A stretch of 64,000 bases of DNA from Octopus sinensis (taxonomy: Eukaryota). The first letter of the stretch is position 1; each line of letters begins with the position of its first letter. Positions 42,311 through 55,447 of the stretch are shown piece after piece. The DNA lies in assembly GCF_006345805.1 (NCBI RefSeq), contig NC_043001.1:12648001-12712000 (forward strand). The letters are read 5' to 3'. Made by a program: the position numbers and the translations under genes. A model generated the notes under the pieces. That model was not told the DNA's origin, did not search any database, and worked only from the letters and a program-made list of their open reading frames with translations.

Positions 42311-42681
42311 GTGGAGGCGCAATGGCCCAGTGGTTAGGGCAGCGGACTCGCGGTCGTAGGATCGCGGTTTCGATTCCCAGACCGGCCGTTGTGAGTGTTT
42401 CTCAAAGTTCCACGAGGCTCCGGCAGGGATGGCGGTGATCCCTGCTGTACTCTTTCACCACAACTTTCTCTCACTCTTACTTCCTGTTTCTCTTGTACCT
42501 GTATTTCAAAGGGCCGGCCTTGTCACACTATGTGTAACGCTGAATATCCCCGAGAACTACGTTCAGGGCACACGTGTCTGTGGAGTGCTCAGCCACTTAC
42601 ACGTTAATTTCACGAGCAGGCTGTTCCGTTGATTCGGATCAACCGGAAACCTCGTCGTCGTAACCGACGGAGTGCTTCCAG
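42311..42681 (+). mobile_element. SINE family C with an 11-bp TSD
   Basis: TSD AGAAGAAAAAC at 42300-42310 and 42682-42692. Confidence 0.9.
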
Positions 42682-42857
42682 AGAAGAAAAACATTGATTC
42701 AACATCCACAAATTGGAAGTGTATATAATTAATACTGCACCCAAGTAATTCCCTGTTGCGTTACAATTTTATCCTGAATGGTTTAAAGTCTAGGTATGAT
42801 TAGACATTTGGTGATTGGAAAGCAGTACGTAAAAAACCATAGTTTAATACTACGAGG

Positions 42858-43167
42858 TGGAGGCATATGGCCTAGTGGTTTGAGCAGCGGACTCGCGGTC
42901 GAGGGATTGCGGGTTCGAATCTCAGACCGGCCGATGTGTGTTTTTGTGAGCGAAACACCTAAGCTCCACGTGGCTCCGACAGAAGCTAATGGCGAACTTC
43001 TGCTGACTCTTTTGCCACAACTTTCTCTCACTCTTTCCTCCTTCATCTTGTAGCTCACCTGCGACTGACCGGCATCCCGTCCAAGTGGGGAATCTATACG
43101 CCTATGAAGACGGGGATCCGGCCCTATAAGCTAGGCATGGCTTATAGGAACAGACAACAAAACAAAC
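42858..43167 (+). mobile_element. SINE subfamily C2 with a 12-bp TSD
   Basis: TSD AATACTACGAGG at 42846-42857 and 43168-43179. Confidence 0.9.
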
Positions 43168-43513
43168 AATACTACGAGGCCTTTTAAAGTTCCACTAAAT
43201 TGAGGATTAACGTTATAGAAGAAAAACATTGATTAAACATCCACAAATTAGAAGTGTATATAATTAATAAAGCACCCACGTAATTCGCTGTTGTTTTACA
43301 ATTTTATCCTGGATGGTTTAAAGCCTGTGATTAAACGTTTGGTGATTAGAAAATAAGACGCACAAAACCGTAGTTTAATACTACGAAGCTTCTTTAAAAC
43401 TTCTACATTTTCCACTACAGTTGAGCAATGAGTTTTACTTTATTCTTTATTTTCAATCGGTTTCCGTATACAGAGACAGGTAGAAGACGAAGCCTCACAC
43501 GTAATATATCGTG

Positions 43514-43894
43514 GCACTCTGTCGATCACGACGACGAGGGTTCCAGTTGATCTGATCAACGGTACAGACTGCTCGTGAAATTGACGTGCAAGTATCTGAG
43601 CACTCCACTGACACAGGTAAGCTTAACGTAGTTCTTGGGGAGACACAGCGTGACACAGAATGTGACAAAAGTGGCCCCTTTTGAAATACAGGTACAACAG
43701 AAAAAGTAAGAAAGAGAGAGAGAAAGTTGTGGTGTAAGAGTACAGCAGGGCTCACTACCATCCACTGCCAGAGCCTCCTGGAATTTTATGTGTTTTCGCT
43801 CAATAAACAGTCACAACGCCCAGTCTGGGAATCGAAACCGCGATCCTACGACCGCGAGTCCGCTGCCCTAACCAATGGGCCATTTTGCCTCCAC
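43514..43894 (-). mobile_element. SINE family C
   Basis: Reverse complement homologous to 42311-42681. Confidence 0.85.
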
Positions 43895-44530
43895 ACATGT
43901 AATATATCACAATGCAACAACAGAGGGGGCACGATAGAGAGTAAAGAGAGAGAGAGACAGAGAGAGAGAGAGAGAAAGAGAGAAAGAGAGAGAGAAGGGA
44001 AAGAATCAGCTAGCAAGATATAAAATAGTGACCTCTATAGTTGACTGATTTTGATATATCGATTCTGGAGTCATGAAAGTTAAAGGTTACTACAGGTGAA
44101 TTTCAATAGAGACGTAAATAGCCGGAAAAAATACCGCAAGATGCCCGAACTATTCTGCCAAGACGGATTCTTAAACCATATTCTACGCTAATCAGTAGTG
44201 TAACCGATATAATTACAGCCTCCTTTCATATCCTGTAGGCGTGGATTTTCTTTTCATCTTTCCAATATTGATAAAAGAAACAACATCCAGACACTTGAGG
44301 CGATTAAATCGACAAGTGCATTCTTCTAAAATATTTAGTAACTTAGACACTTAGAAGGTATGGAATTTCTCCAAAACAATATGTATATATATAATTTTTT
44401 CATAGCATTTTTCCGATGGCCGGTAACTGAAGAGATGGCGGCGTGGATTTACATCTCGGCATCCGAAACTCGGGCTTTTGTCAAGGCGACCGAATAATTG
44501 TCTCATATTACATTTACATATATATATATA

Positions 44531-45040
44531 CGTAAAGTGTACTAGCCACCTGAATGTGGCTAGCCACTGGGGGTGGGGTGTTACTGATGCTTTTAGCCCC
44601 AGGAGATCAACGTCTGGCTAGTACACTTTACGTTGTCGAGCGGTTACTGTTTATATCTCGTTCAGAGATTTATTAATGCTTTCAGACAGTTTTTCTAAAT
44701 CAGTGACAGTGGTTGCTGTGAAAAACGTTAAATATTATTATTTGTAGAGAGTCTCCTTCATCGAATACCGGTGTTTACCATGCGTTGACGAGAGGCAATT
44801 ACCTTGAAACTATAGTCCGTATGTATCACTTAGGTTTTCGAGGGAGGATGACCTCCCTTTGCAAATAACACAAGAGCACTGAAATTTTGTGTCTAAGGCC
44901 AGCTGGTGACGTTGATCTCCTGGGGCTAAAAGCATCAGTAACACCCCATCCCCAGTGGCTAGCCACATTCAGATGGCTAGTACACTTTACGTTGTCGAGC
45001 GGTTACTGTTTATATCTCGTTCAGAGATTTATTAATGCTT
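44531..45040 (+). mobile_element. (TA)n-flanked hammerhead element: 359-nt unit with 67-nt terminal redundancy and an 84-nt 5' inversion
   Basis: 44615-44681 equals 44974-45040. 44531-44614 is the reverse complement of 44908-44991 with 2 mismatches. Confidence 0.85.
44779..44823 (+). ncRNA. Type I hammerhead motif with a C3>U change; GUC site at 44815-44817
   Basis: catgcg-tTGACGA-gagg caatta cctt-GAAA-ctatagt-C-cgtatg, with the perfect palindromic stem III actatagt. Confidence 0.75.
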
Positions 45041-45312
45041 ATTTATATATATATAAATATATATATATACTGTTGTCTGGGGAGAGTTATTCTGTTTTAT
45101 GCCTTATTAATGCACGCACCGGTTTCATTTACACTCATTTTTTCTTTATTTTTTTTGGGGGGAAAATTTTCAGTGTTTCTTTGCAACCTATTCAACAGTT
45201 GCTGACTCTGTCCGTTATCGGAGCTGTGTTTGTTCTTTTTGCTTGTTTGTTGGTGCGTCAGAGTGCATGTGTACGTACGTATGTCTGTATGTGTGTGAGC
45301 AGATATATATAC

Positions 45313-45510
45313 TCTTTTACTTGTGTCAGTCATTTGACTTCGGCCATGCTGCAGCACCGCCTTTAGTCGGGCAAATCGACGACCCCAGAACTTATTCTTT
45401 GGAAGCCTAGTACTTATTCTATAGGACTCTTTTGCCGAGCCGCTAAGTGACGGGGACGTTAACACACCGCCATCGGTTGTCAATCAATATTGGAGGACAA
45501 ACACAGACAC
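45313..45510 (-). mobile_element. SINE family A, 3' tail only
   Basis: cagtcatttgacttcggccatgctgcagcaccgcc..ccgctaagtgacggggacg. Confidence 0.8.
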
Positions 45511-46007
45511 ACAAACATATACACATACATACATACATACATGCATACATACATACATACATACATACATACATGCATACATACATACATACATACATAC
45601 ATACATACATACATACATACATGCATACATACATATGTGTATAGACATGGATACTGACGCGCATACATGCGCACAAAGAAACAGAATGTAGGTCTCATAA
45701 TGGACAGATTCAACGACTATTAAAGAAGTTGCAAGAAACAACGAAAATTTTAGAAAAAAATGTAAATGAGTGGAAATCGAAACAGTGAGTGTGTTAATTA
45801 ATAAAGCATTAAAACAGAATGACACTCTTCAGAAACAACAGCATATGCTTCAACACACGGATTCACATAAAGAATATTGCAAACCAAATATAAATGCGAA
45901 GTATATTTATATTGTTCGTCAATTATCCTGGGATTTTAAATCCCAAGTGTAGCAAAAAAATTCTCAGCAAACTGTTAAAGGTGCGGCAATATTTATGTAC
46001 GTCAGTT

Positions 46008-46612
46008 TCCTATTTCTTTACGCCCCACAAGGGGCTAAACATAGAGGGGACAAGCAAGGACAGACAAAGGGATTAAGTTGATTACATCGACCCCAGTGAG
46101 TAACAGGTTCTTTATTTATCGACCCCGAAATTATGAAAGACAAAGTCGACCTCAGTGGAATTTGATCTCAGAGCATAACGGCAGAGGAAATACTTATTTC
46201 TTTTCTACCCACAAGGGGTTAAACATAGAGGGGACAAGCACGGACAGACAAAGGGACTAATTCGATTACATCGACCCCAGTAAGTAACAGGTTCTTTATT
46301 TATCGACCCCGAAATGATGAAAGACAAAGACGACCTCAGTGGAATTTGAACTCAGAGCGTAACGTCAGGCGAAATATCTATTTCTTTATTACCCACAAGG
46401 GGCTGAACATAGAGGGGACAAACAAGGACAGACATAGGTATTAAGACGATCATATCGACCCCAGAGCGTAACTGGTACTTAATTTATCGACCCCGAAAGG
46501 ATAAAAGGCAAAGTCGACCTCGGCGGAATTTGAACTCACGAAGTAAACGACAGACGAAATACGGCTACGCATTTCGCCCAGCACGCTAACGTTTCTGCCA
46601 GCTCGCCGCCTT
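46008..46612 (-). mobile_element. SINE family B with three tandem units
   Basis: cccacaagggg.t.aacatagaggggaca recurs at ~46024, 46208 and 46391. There is one head at the right end. Confidence 0.88.
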
Positions 46613-47340
46613 CTACGTACGGCAATTTTCGTTTGGGTTTCATGTTCCGCCATGGTTAACTACAAATTGAATTTCTCTGCGATCGATAAAGTAACTGATA
46701 GTTCAAGGCAACAACAGCTGCAACCTTGTATATCTGAGCTTCAAGTTTGCTCGCGTCGTTGTGTAGAATACGGAAGTATATAACAAGGAAGTAATGGAGT
46801 ATGTTAAGGAAGAAATACGAGAAAACTTAACGAAATTGTGTTGAAACAATTAATAAATACGATTAAGATGAGTGATAATACGCAGAAGAGTAATATATAT
46901 TTAGTGAAGTATACCAATTAGTTTATTTTACGCTTCTTCTTTTCTACTGTAACTCGAGTCCCCGTTCTTTGAATGTTTGCTGTTACGGTGATTAATTTAT
47001 AGGAAATAATCCGAGCATATATGCAATGGCGTAGAATGAATTAGTTTATAGAAGTTACATCATTTAAATTCTATATTAATATGAAGTACAGATCAATATT
47101 TATCTACTTCAAGCTAAGATAGATTGATAACATATTACCAAAGCGTGTTTATTATCTGTTAAAAGAGAAGATTTAATCCATATCAAATCAATATATCTTA
47201 GGATACTTGGCAAGGTATTGCATGGCATCGAAGTGAGTTCATTACAGAATATCATATAAAAATTATTAGAAAAAAAACTTATTTTGAATAATCATGTGTG
47301 TGTGTGTGTGTGTCAGAGAGAGAGAAAGAGAGAGAGAGAG

Positions 47341-47372
<32 letters not shown>

Positions 47373-48074
47373 CATCACTAGACTGAGGGAAAGTGAACAG
47401 CATAACTACTTAAATATCCTGGTGAATTTTTACTTCGAAATCATTCTATTTTCGATTCAGAATCAAGGGCACAGCACCAGGGGCAAGAGTCTTCAATTAT
47501 AGTCCTGGTCCAATAAATGTGCTGTATGTAAATTTAGTAATGGGAAACCGTAGAATCACGCACTATATGTGTGTGTGGGATTTGTGTGTGTGTCTCTCTT
47601 TTCTTTGAGTTTAATTTATTTAAGTTCGTCCTGAGAGATGTCAAGCCGATTGCTAACAAAGTGACAAAACATTTTGAGTTAAGAGAGTTCCCAATATTTG
47701 TAAATATATGGTTGTTGCGTTGGTTGAACTGTCTTTTGACAAGAATCTCAGATGGAGAATTTTGGCAATGTCTTACAGATCACACTGTGCCTCTAACAGA
47801 TTGCACTTGGAGAATCGCTGTGTGTTTCTTTTGCTCTTTTTCCATGAAACCTCGTACTTCTAGGTTTTTGTGTAAATTCGTTCGTATATAACCTAACGCA
47901 CTCATGATGCCTTAATTAACCATAAACCTTCTCTTTTTCCTGGACGTTTGATAGTTCGCTGGGTAGCTCAACTCTGCACCAGTGCATGATTTTTGTTCAT
48001 TGTGTCTCAAATCAATTTTTAGTGTAACTATCTTTGAAACACATAGATTTACCTTTAGAACGAAAATATGGTTT

Positions 48075-48490
48075 TAAATAAGGTTATCTCCCTTCCTCTG
48101 TTTGGTGTTGGCGTATAATTTATAATAGATATCGTTTATATCCTTACAACTGGATTTCATATCTCCATTAGTAATGGTAGAATAAGATTGAATGGAATTA
48201 ATGTAGGTATTTTCCTCTGGATACCCTGTTTTATGTAAGGCAGAGTTATAAAAGTTCGGCCTTGTCATTGAAAATGGCAACATTAGCAGATAACTTAGAC
48301 AATCTAAATGAAATATTCTTAACTAAGTTCCTAGTAATTGCCCTAGAATGATTACTGAATTTGCTAACATACTGACGATTGATCGATTGTTTGTGGTATG
48401 GGAAGTACGAATTATTGTGTAAGTTAAGTGTGATATCTAAAATGTTGGCCTCCGTTACATTATCATCAAAAACGATGTTTGAGCCCATTC
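48075..48490 (-). pseudogene. Decayed Penelope-like RT C-terminal region
   Basis: NILDITLNLHNNSYFPYHKQ..YVSKFSNHSRAITRNLVKNISFRLSKLSANVAIFNDKA, then YNSALHKTGY in another frame. This resembles the PLE pattern FLDVTLNL..PYxK..SNHP..IPxxISxRLSxLSS..F..YNxALxxSGY. Confidence 0.65.
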
Positions 48491-49966
48491 TACGGGAAAA
48501 AAAAATTAACTAAACTTTTCTTAACTTTTTGTACTTTTTGGACGGAAATATTATGAAGGTAAATTATACAATCATCACTATTATAGACCTCCATTTATGT
48601 TTGGGAATTTCAAATATATATATATATATATATATATATACAAACTAAATCAGCTATATATGTATATATATATAATATATATATATATATGCAGAATAAA
48701 GCAGCTACTTGCGGTGAATCGGGAATTCCCATTGTAACATTAAAACCATCTAGTGTGTCTTTATGGACCCAGAAGTTATTGTCAAAACAAGGAGTTACAC
48801 AAGGAGTTACACGGAGTTACACCCTTTTTCCTTGTGTGGCTTTTTGCTACCCTAGTAATTATCTAGCTATTTTTCCTTGTTAGGGGAAACATTTTGGTGA
48901 GACTTCGCAAGCATGCTAAAGTAGCATCCAGTTTGTTACCAGGCTCATTGAAGTTTAATAAAAATCTTAATTGGATGGCTAAGGTCCCTAGAAGGGATCC
49001 ACATATATAACCATTACCCGCCAAGGGTAGTGGGTATATGTGTGCATTTCGTCCATATCTGCGTTTTGAGTTGAAATTCCGCTGACATCGTCTATCTCTT
49101 TCATCCTTTTGGGCTCGATAAAATAAACACCTCTTAATCTTTAGGGGCGATGTTACCGTGTGTGTATGCATGTGTGTGTGTGTGTTTGAGTGGATGTGTG
49201 TATTAATAATCTTATATTTTGTCAATAGTTCTTAGAATTTCACGTTACCAATAATATTGAGAAATACGTCTTTATATTTGCTTCGTTATTTAAAAGGTTA
49301 TGTAATTTTTCAAAGCCATGGGAATATATTTTAATAATAATGGTAACATGAACTAAGTTCACGTATTGCTGAGTATTCAGTTATACATATAGGACACATA
49401 TAAAAACACATACACAGACAGGGTTACACCTATATTTCATACATGTCATTTAAATATGACAATTTGATTTCAAGTGTGACATTTTTCTGTACGTGCTTAC
49501 TCTATAAGCTTTCTGAATTGTTGCATAATATTCCAATTGCGAACGTGACTAACTGTTTCTGATTTTTGACTTTTCTTACATTACATCAGCCATGTATTGC
49601 GCATTAACATGGACTGATGGCATTGTAAAGTTTCTTCGTTTAGCTTTTAAAATCTAGTCATATAAATTGTAGCATTCAAAACTTTGCAGACGCCGTATTT
49701 TTGTTATCTGATTGTTTTCTTTGTGTTTCTCATCTAAAATCTATTCTTGAAACGAAACATTTCCTAATAATTTCCTCTCCTATATTTTTATTTATTCTAC
49801 CTTGAAAACAGTTTTACCAGCAAGGGAATTAAAGGACCCAAAGAAAAGCCCTTGTATTGCTTTAACGTCCCTTAATTTGATGCGTAAGCCAAGTTTTTGA
49901 CAATATTATTTTATATCGTGATAAACAGGCAGTGTAAGGAAGGAGTATAGTCAACTTTAACACAAG

Positions 49967-50059
<93 letters not shown>

Positions 50060-50138
50060 ACATATGTGTGTATGTATATGTATATACATGTATATATATA
50101 TATATATAATATATATATATGAATATATATATATATAT

Positions 50139-50170
<32 letters not shown>

Positions 50171-50279
50171 AAATGTATTAATCAATCAATATAAGGGTAA
50201 CAAAAAATTCAAGAAAAATTTTCTGCCACCAGCGGTCAAGTGAGAAAATAGAAATAGTCACAGACTATATGATACATTC

Positions 50280-50537
50280 AACAAAATATTAAGGAATGAC
50301 CCTGAGAAGGTCGTTCGACTCACTTGAAAAGAGCAGCTAAAACTCAAAACCGCCAAAAATAGTAATTCTGAAACTAGAGGAAAATAAAAAACTAGAGGAA
50401 AATAAAAAAAAAGGGGATAAATGTTTTTTTTATTTTCCTCTAGTTTCAGAATTACTATTTTGTGCGGTTTTGAGTTTTAGCTGCTCTTTTCAAGTGAGTC
50501 GAACGAACTTCTCAGGGTTATTCCTTAATATTTTGTT
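50280..50537. repeat. Near-perfect inverted repeat with ~110-bp arms inside a (TA)n-flanked insert (~50180-50540)
   Basis: aacaaaatattaaggaatgaccctgag..ctagaggaaaataaaaaa versus ttttttattttcctctag..ctcagggttattccttaatattttgtt. Confidence 0.92.
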
Positions 50538-50804
50538 TATATAAATGTATATATATACATACGTATCTATATATATGCATATATACATATATATATGTGT
50601 GTATGCATGCAGATATGCAAATATCTTTGGCTGGAGTTATGTCATTCGCTCTAGAAAGTTCGTTATTTATGTAACATCGCTTGGAATGTAAAGGTAAAAT
50701 AAATAATGATTTATTACAGATATCTATTATTTGGTTACAGAGATATATCTGAATATCCACGAACGCATGCACAAGTCCCAAACTGTAAAATAAATCATGA
50801 ATTA

Positions 50805-50857
<53 letters not shown>

Positions 50858-50862
50858 GACTT

Positions 50863-50917
<55 letters not shown>

Positions 50918-50918
50918 G

Positions 50919-50957
<39 letters not shown>

Positions 50958-50990
50958 GTTTGTCTGTCTATGTATCTATCTATATATCAT
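50805..50990 (+). repeat. (TCTA)n microsatellite
   Basis: Direct reading. Similar arrays lie at 11420-11510, 11747-11835, 33910-34135, 52040-52235 and 55220-55460. Confidence 0.95.
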
Positions 50991-51077
50991 TTATATATGC
51001 TTGTATCTCTTTCTCTCTGTCTGTGTGTCTCTGTATATATATATATATATATACATATGTGTGTATGTATATGTATG

Positions 51078-51127
<50 letters not shown>

Positions 51128-52012
51128 CATATATGTATGTATATGTATGTATGTATATATATATGGACACACAGACACACGTATATATCCCAAATTTCTT
51201 TTGTGTTGCTTTGTGTGTTTCTGAAAGAAATTGCAAGCTATCACGTCAGTTACGTGCCGATTTGATTCATATATGATACGTTGTCTCCTAGCTTCTTCCA
51301 CTCCAATATGGCATTTGGAATATCGACTTAATTACAAAAAAGTGAATGATATACATTGATATGTGCGCATATGTGTATCTATGTAGGCATATCCCCCCCC
51401 CCAATTAATATATCGAAATATTCTGCAGACATTCCTGGATGTTTATCATCTCCATTTTAATTCCACCCCATTATACGTTCCTAGTATTACATAAAGCATT
51501 TCACCGTGGATACTATTTCGCTATCGTTATTGTTTACGTCGGCTCCGATCAAGTAGGGATATAAAAAGTTATTCTTGTTAAGAACGTTGCATTTCAGTCC
51601 ATACAATCTCCCAATCACATTACTCAATTCGTATTTCCTTTTCAAGAAGGTCTCTTTCCTTACCCTTTACATTTTTGTTCATACTTCAGTCATTAAGCTT
51701 CGACAATGACCACGTGCCTTATTAAAGGAGATTTAGTCTAACGCATTGACATCAGCATTCAGTCTTCTTTTTTTTTATTTTTAAAAGAAGTTTACTATTC
51801 ATTCTATTTTGTTTAAATATTAGGTTTCGCGGTTGTACAGGAAGAAAACTTGCTGTCCAGCAATGGGAGTGTAACAAACACACATTCATGCACACATGCA
51901 TAATATACGCACATATATACGGCGATATATATATATATATACAGGCATATATACAGACATACATATACATATACATATACATGCACATATGTATATATAA
52001 ATATTCATGTGT

Positions 52013-52043
<31 letters not shown>

Positions 52044-52106
52044 GATAGATAGATAGATATATAGATATACAGATATATATATACATGTGTATGTATATAT
52101 ATATAT

Positions 52107-52156
<50 letters not shown>

Positions 52157-52165
52157 TGGTTGATT

Positions 52166-52237
<72 letters not shown>

Positions 52238-52815
52238 TACACATTAACGCATGTATAGATATGGTTACCAACACAGTTTTCTTCTATGAAATCCATTCAC
52301 AACTTATTGGCATTTTGTTTAAAGTTGGAACTCGTGCAGAATCACAGAATTTTGAATCACATGTAGTTTAATATCACTTTGGATTAATTTTTCAATTTTC
52401 CGCAACTTAAAATTAATCCCCTGAAAACGAATCCAATTTCATTGGAAGATGAAGATATCAGTCAGAATTTCATTTAATAATCTGTAATGGTCGTAAGTAA
52501 ATACCGACATCTTTTAGCTCAGAGAAATTTTACAAGGGCTGATATCTTCTCGGTCGAATAGGGATAGATATACCCTTTTATATCTTATTAGTTTCAGTCG
52601 TTGGGCGGCAGCCCTGTTAGGGTACTTCCTTCAGGGATTTAATCGACGAAATCCACTCCACTACTTATTTTTACGTTTGGTACTTAGGCTCCCCCCCCCA
52701 CTTTCGCCAAACCATTTGCTGACGTAAATAAACAAACACCTAAACACAAAGAAATCTACCCACGCAACCACACACACAAACATACACAGAAACCCCACCA
52801 TCACATATGTATATG

Positions 52816-52872
<57 letters not shown>

Positions 52873-52968
52873 TATCAAAAATTTACATTCAGATGAATAT
52901 GGTACTTAATTTAAAGGCACCAGAATTTTGTATGGTTATATCCATATCAATCAAATGGGGAGATTATA

Positions 52969-53062
52969 ATCAAAATAAGCAACAAGGATATCCAAAGGTA
53001 TTGAAGTAGCATGAAACGATTTTACTACACTAACTTTGGATATTCTTGTTACTTATTTTGAT
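52969..53062. repeat. Small hairpin element with 29-bp arms
   Basis: atcaaaataagcaacaaggatatccaaag / ctttggatattcttgttacttattttgat with 2 mismatches. A relative lies at 13446-13505. Confidence 0.8.
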
Positions 53063-53364
53063 ATATATATATATGTGATATATATATATATATATTTTGC
53101 AATTAAGGACAACTACTTAATAAGGAAAACTTAACAAGAAATTGTCAGGTAGATAGCGTAAAAACCTCATAAGAGAAAAAATTTCGAAAATAATTATTTC
53201 TTATTGAACATATTAATTTATATATAGAGGGCATAATTATACATACATGCCAGGAGGCATTATATATACATGCCAAACGCTAGGAGGGACAATCAGTCAT
53301 TTCTACCAAAAATATTACTAATCCCACCGAATGCAATTTTTCAAAGTAAGACATTTAAAAATAT

Positions 53365-53412
53365 AGGCCTGTATCACAGTGATTTCATACTTACGTAATC
53401 ATCAGCAGGCCT
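53365..53412 (-). ncRNA. Type I hammerhead motif with intact core and a U-U mismatch at the base of stem II
   Basis: The reverse complement reads aggcctg-CTGATGA-ttac gtaa gtat-GAAA-tcactgtgat-A-caggcct. Confidence 0.78.
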
Positions 53413-54045
53413 GAATGTATTATAAATAAACAACGACCCTGCCTCGCTTAAGCCGAACAGCTAACTGATCAACATCAACGAAGCACATGGGTGAGTTTAT
53501 ATATATTACATCCGGGTGAATGGCAGACTTTTACAAAATTGCATTTCGGGAGAGGAAAAGTTTTTTCGGAATAAAAATTTTGCAATTAAGGACAACTACT
53601 TAATAAGGAAAACTTAACAAGAAATTGTCAGGTAGATAGCGTAAAAACCTCATAAGAGAAAAAATTTCGAAAATAATTATTTCTTATTGAACATATTAAT
53701 TTATATATAGAGGGCATTGTCAGGTAGATAGCGTAAAAACCTCATCAGAGGTTATATAAATTAATATGTTCAATAAGATAATAATTATTTTCGAAATTTT
53801 TTCTCTTATGAGGTTTTTACGCTATCTACCTGACAATTTCTTTAAGTTTTCCTTATTAAGTAGTTGTCCTTAATTGCAAAATTTTTATTCCGAAAAAACT
53901 TTTCTCTCCCGAAATGCAATTTTGTAAAAGTCTGCCATTCACCCGGATGTAATATATATAAACTCACCCATGTGCTTCGTTGATGTTGATCAGTTAGCTG
54001 TTCGGCTTAAGCGAGGCAGGGTCGTTGTTTATTTATAATACATTC

Positions 54046-54092
54046 AGGCCTGTTGATGATTACGTAAGTATGAAATCACTGTGATACAGGCC
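54046..54092 (+). ncRNA. Hammerhead motif with a C3>U change
   Basis: aggcctg-tTGATGA-ttacgtaagtat-GAAA-tcactgtgat-A-caggcc. Confidence 0.7.
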
Positions 54093-54234
54093 ATATTTTA
54101 AATGTCTTACTTTGAAAAATTGCATTCGGTGGGATTAGTAATATTTTGGTAGAAATGACTGATTGTCCCTCCTAGCGTTTGGCATGTATATATAATGCCT
54201 CCTGGCATGTATGTATAATTATGCCCTCTATATA

Positions 54235-54279
<45 letters not shown>

Positions 54280-54909
54280 CGCGCGCGCGTGTGTGTGTGT
54301 GTGTGTATATATATATACACACATACGTAGACAGATACCCACCCAGGGTACATACTCACCGAATTTTCACATTTCGAACAATACATTTTGTCAGAATTCA
54401 AACCATTAATATTTGGTCTATGTCTGTTTTACATAGAATTCTTGCAACATCGATTATCTCCCTTCTGTTGCAACTTTTCGTCCTCTTCTTTACAATCCAC
54501 CCTTTTTTAAATGTTAGTTGCCCAAAAGACAGTTGACAAACGGCATTGCTTTCAAGTTGATAAATAGCTGAATATATTTCTTTTTTCGAGCAGGAAACCC
54601 TGGGTAGATATAAATTGCAAGATTCGTGGTTTTTAATTCGAGATTATTTTTATTCGCTTGGCTGATCGAGTGCTATTCTACTTGTTGAAGCATCTTCACA
54701 TTATATATATATACTAGTCATAATGAAGATGTTTAAACTTCTTATAAGGATATTTGATTTATCCAAGACACAGTGGTTTAATATATTAAATTTTGAAAAG
54801 AGAATTCTTCAATGAATATATTATATACAATGTCGTAAAACATGAAACGCTTTTATGTATGTATGTGCTATATATATATATATTATTATATATATAATAT
54901 ATATATAAG

Positions 54910-54944
<35 letters not shown>

Positions 54945-55226
54945 CGCGCGCGCGCGTGTGTGTGCGTGTCTGTTTGTGTGAGTGTTTATGTATGCACGTG
55001 TATAAAAAAACACAAATGTGATCTAAAACAATCTAAGAATATGGGATACATCCTTCGCGATCGAGGTACTATTTTAGTAGTTCGGTTACTGTTTAAAATT
55101 GTACCTAAATTGTGACATGAGGTATGGTATGTTATTATGTAAAGTATGAATACATCAATAAAAAAGTGATAGAAACAGCTGTCATAAATTTTAAAATCTA
55201 CTTGTGTCCTTATTAACCTATATCTA

Positions 55227-55313
<87 letters not shown>

Positions 55314-55314
55314 A

Positions 55315-55375
<61 letters not shown>

Positions 55376-55392
55376 GTTTATCTATCTATCTG

Positions 55393-55447
<55 letters not shown>

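Larger units (their letters stand above)
53095..54236 (-). mobile_element. Second copy of the ~480-nt hammerhead fold-back family: about 1.3 units at 53095-53718 plus an inverted arm at 53752-54236
   Basis: aattaaggacaactac at 53101 and 53584 (period 483). The right arm is the reverse complement of the left. Homologous to 3307-4427. Confidence 0.87.

Noticed and set aside
42311-42385. tRNA-like sequences (also 16270, 42858, 59526)
   Set aside because: They continue into SINE cores and tails, some with TSDs, and have no complete cloverleaf. They are SINE heads, not tRNA genes.
47571-47891. 106-aa ORF next to the Penelope RT fragment, possibly GIY-YIG on either strand
   Set aside because: No GIY-YIG or other motif could be read in the frames examined.
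50310-50360. ttgaaaa-gag..ctc-aaaa-ccgc as a hammerhead remnant
   Set aside because: It needs too many assumed changes.
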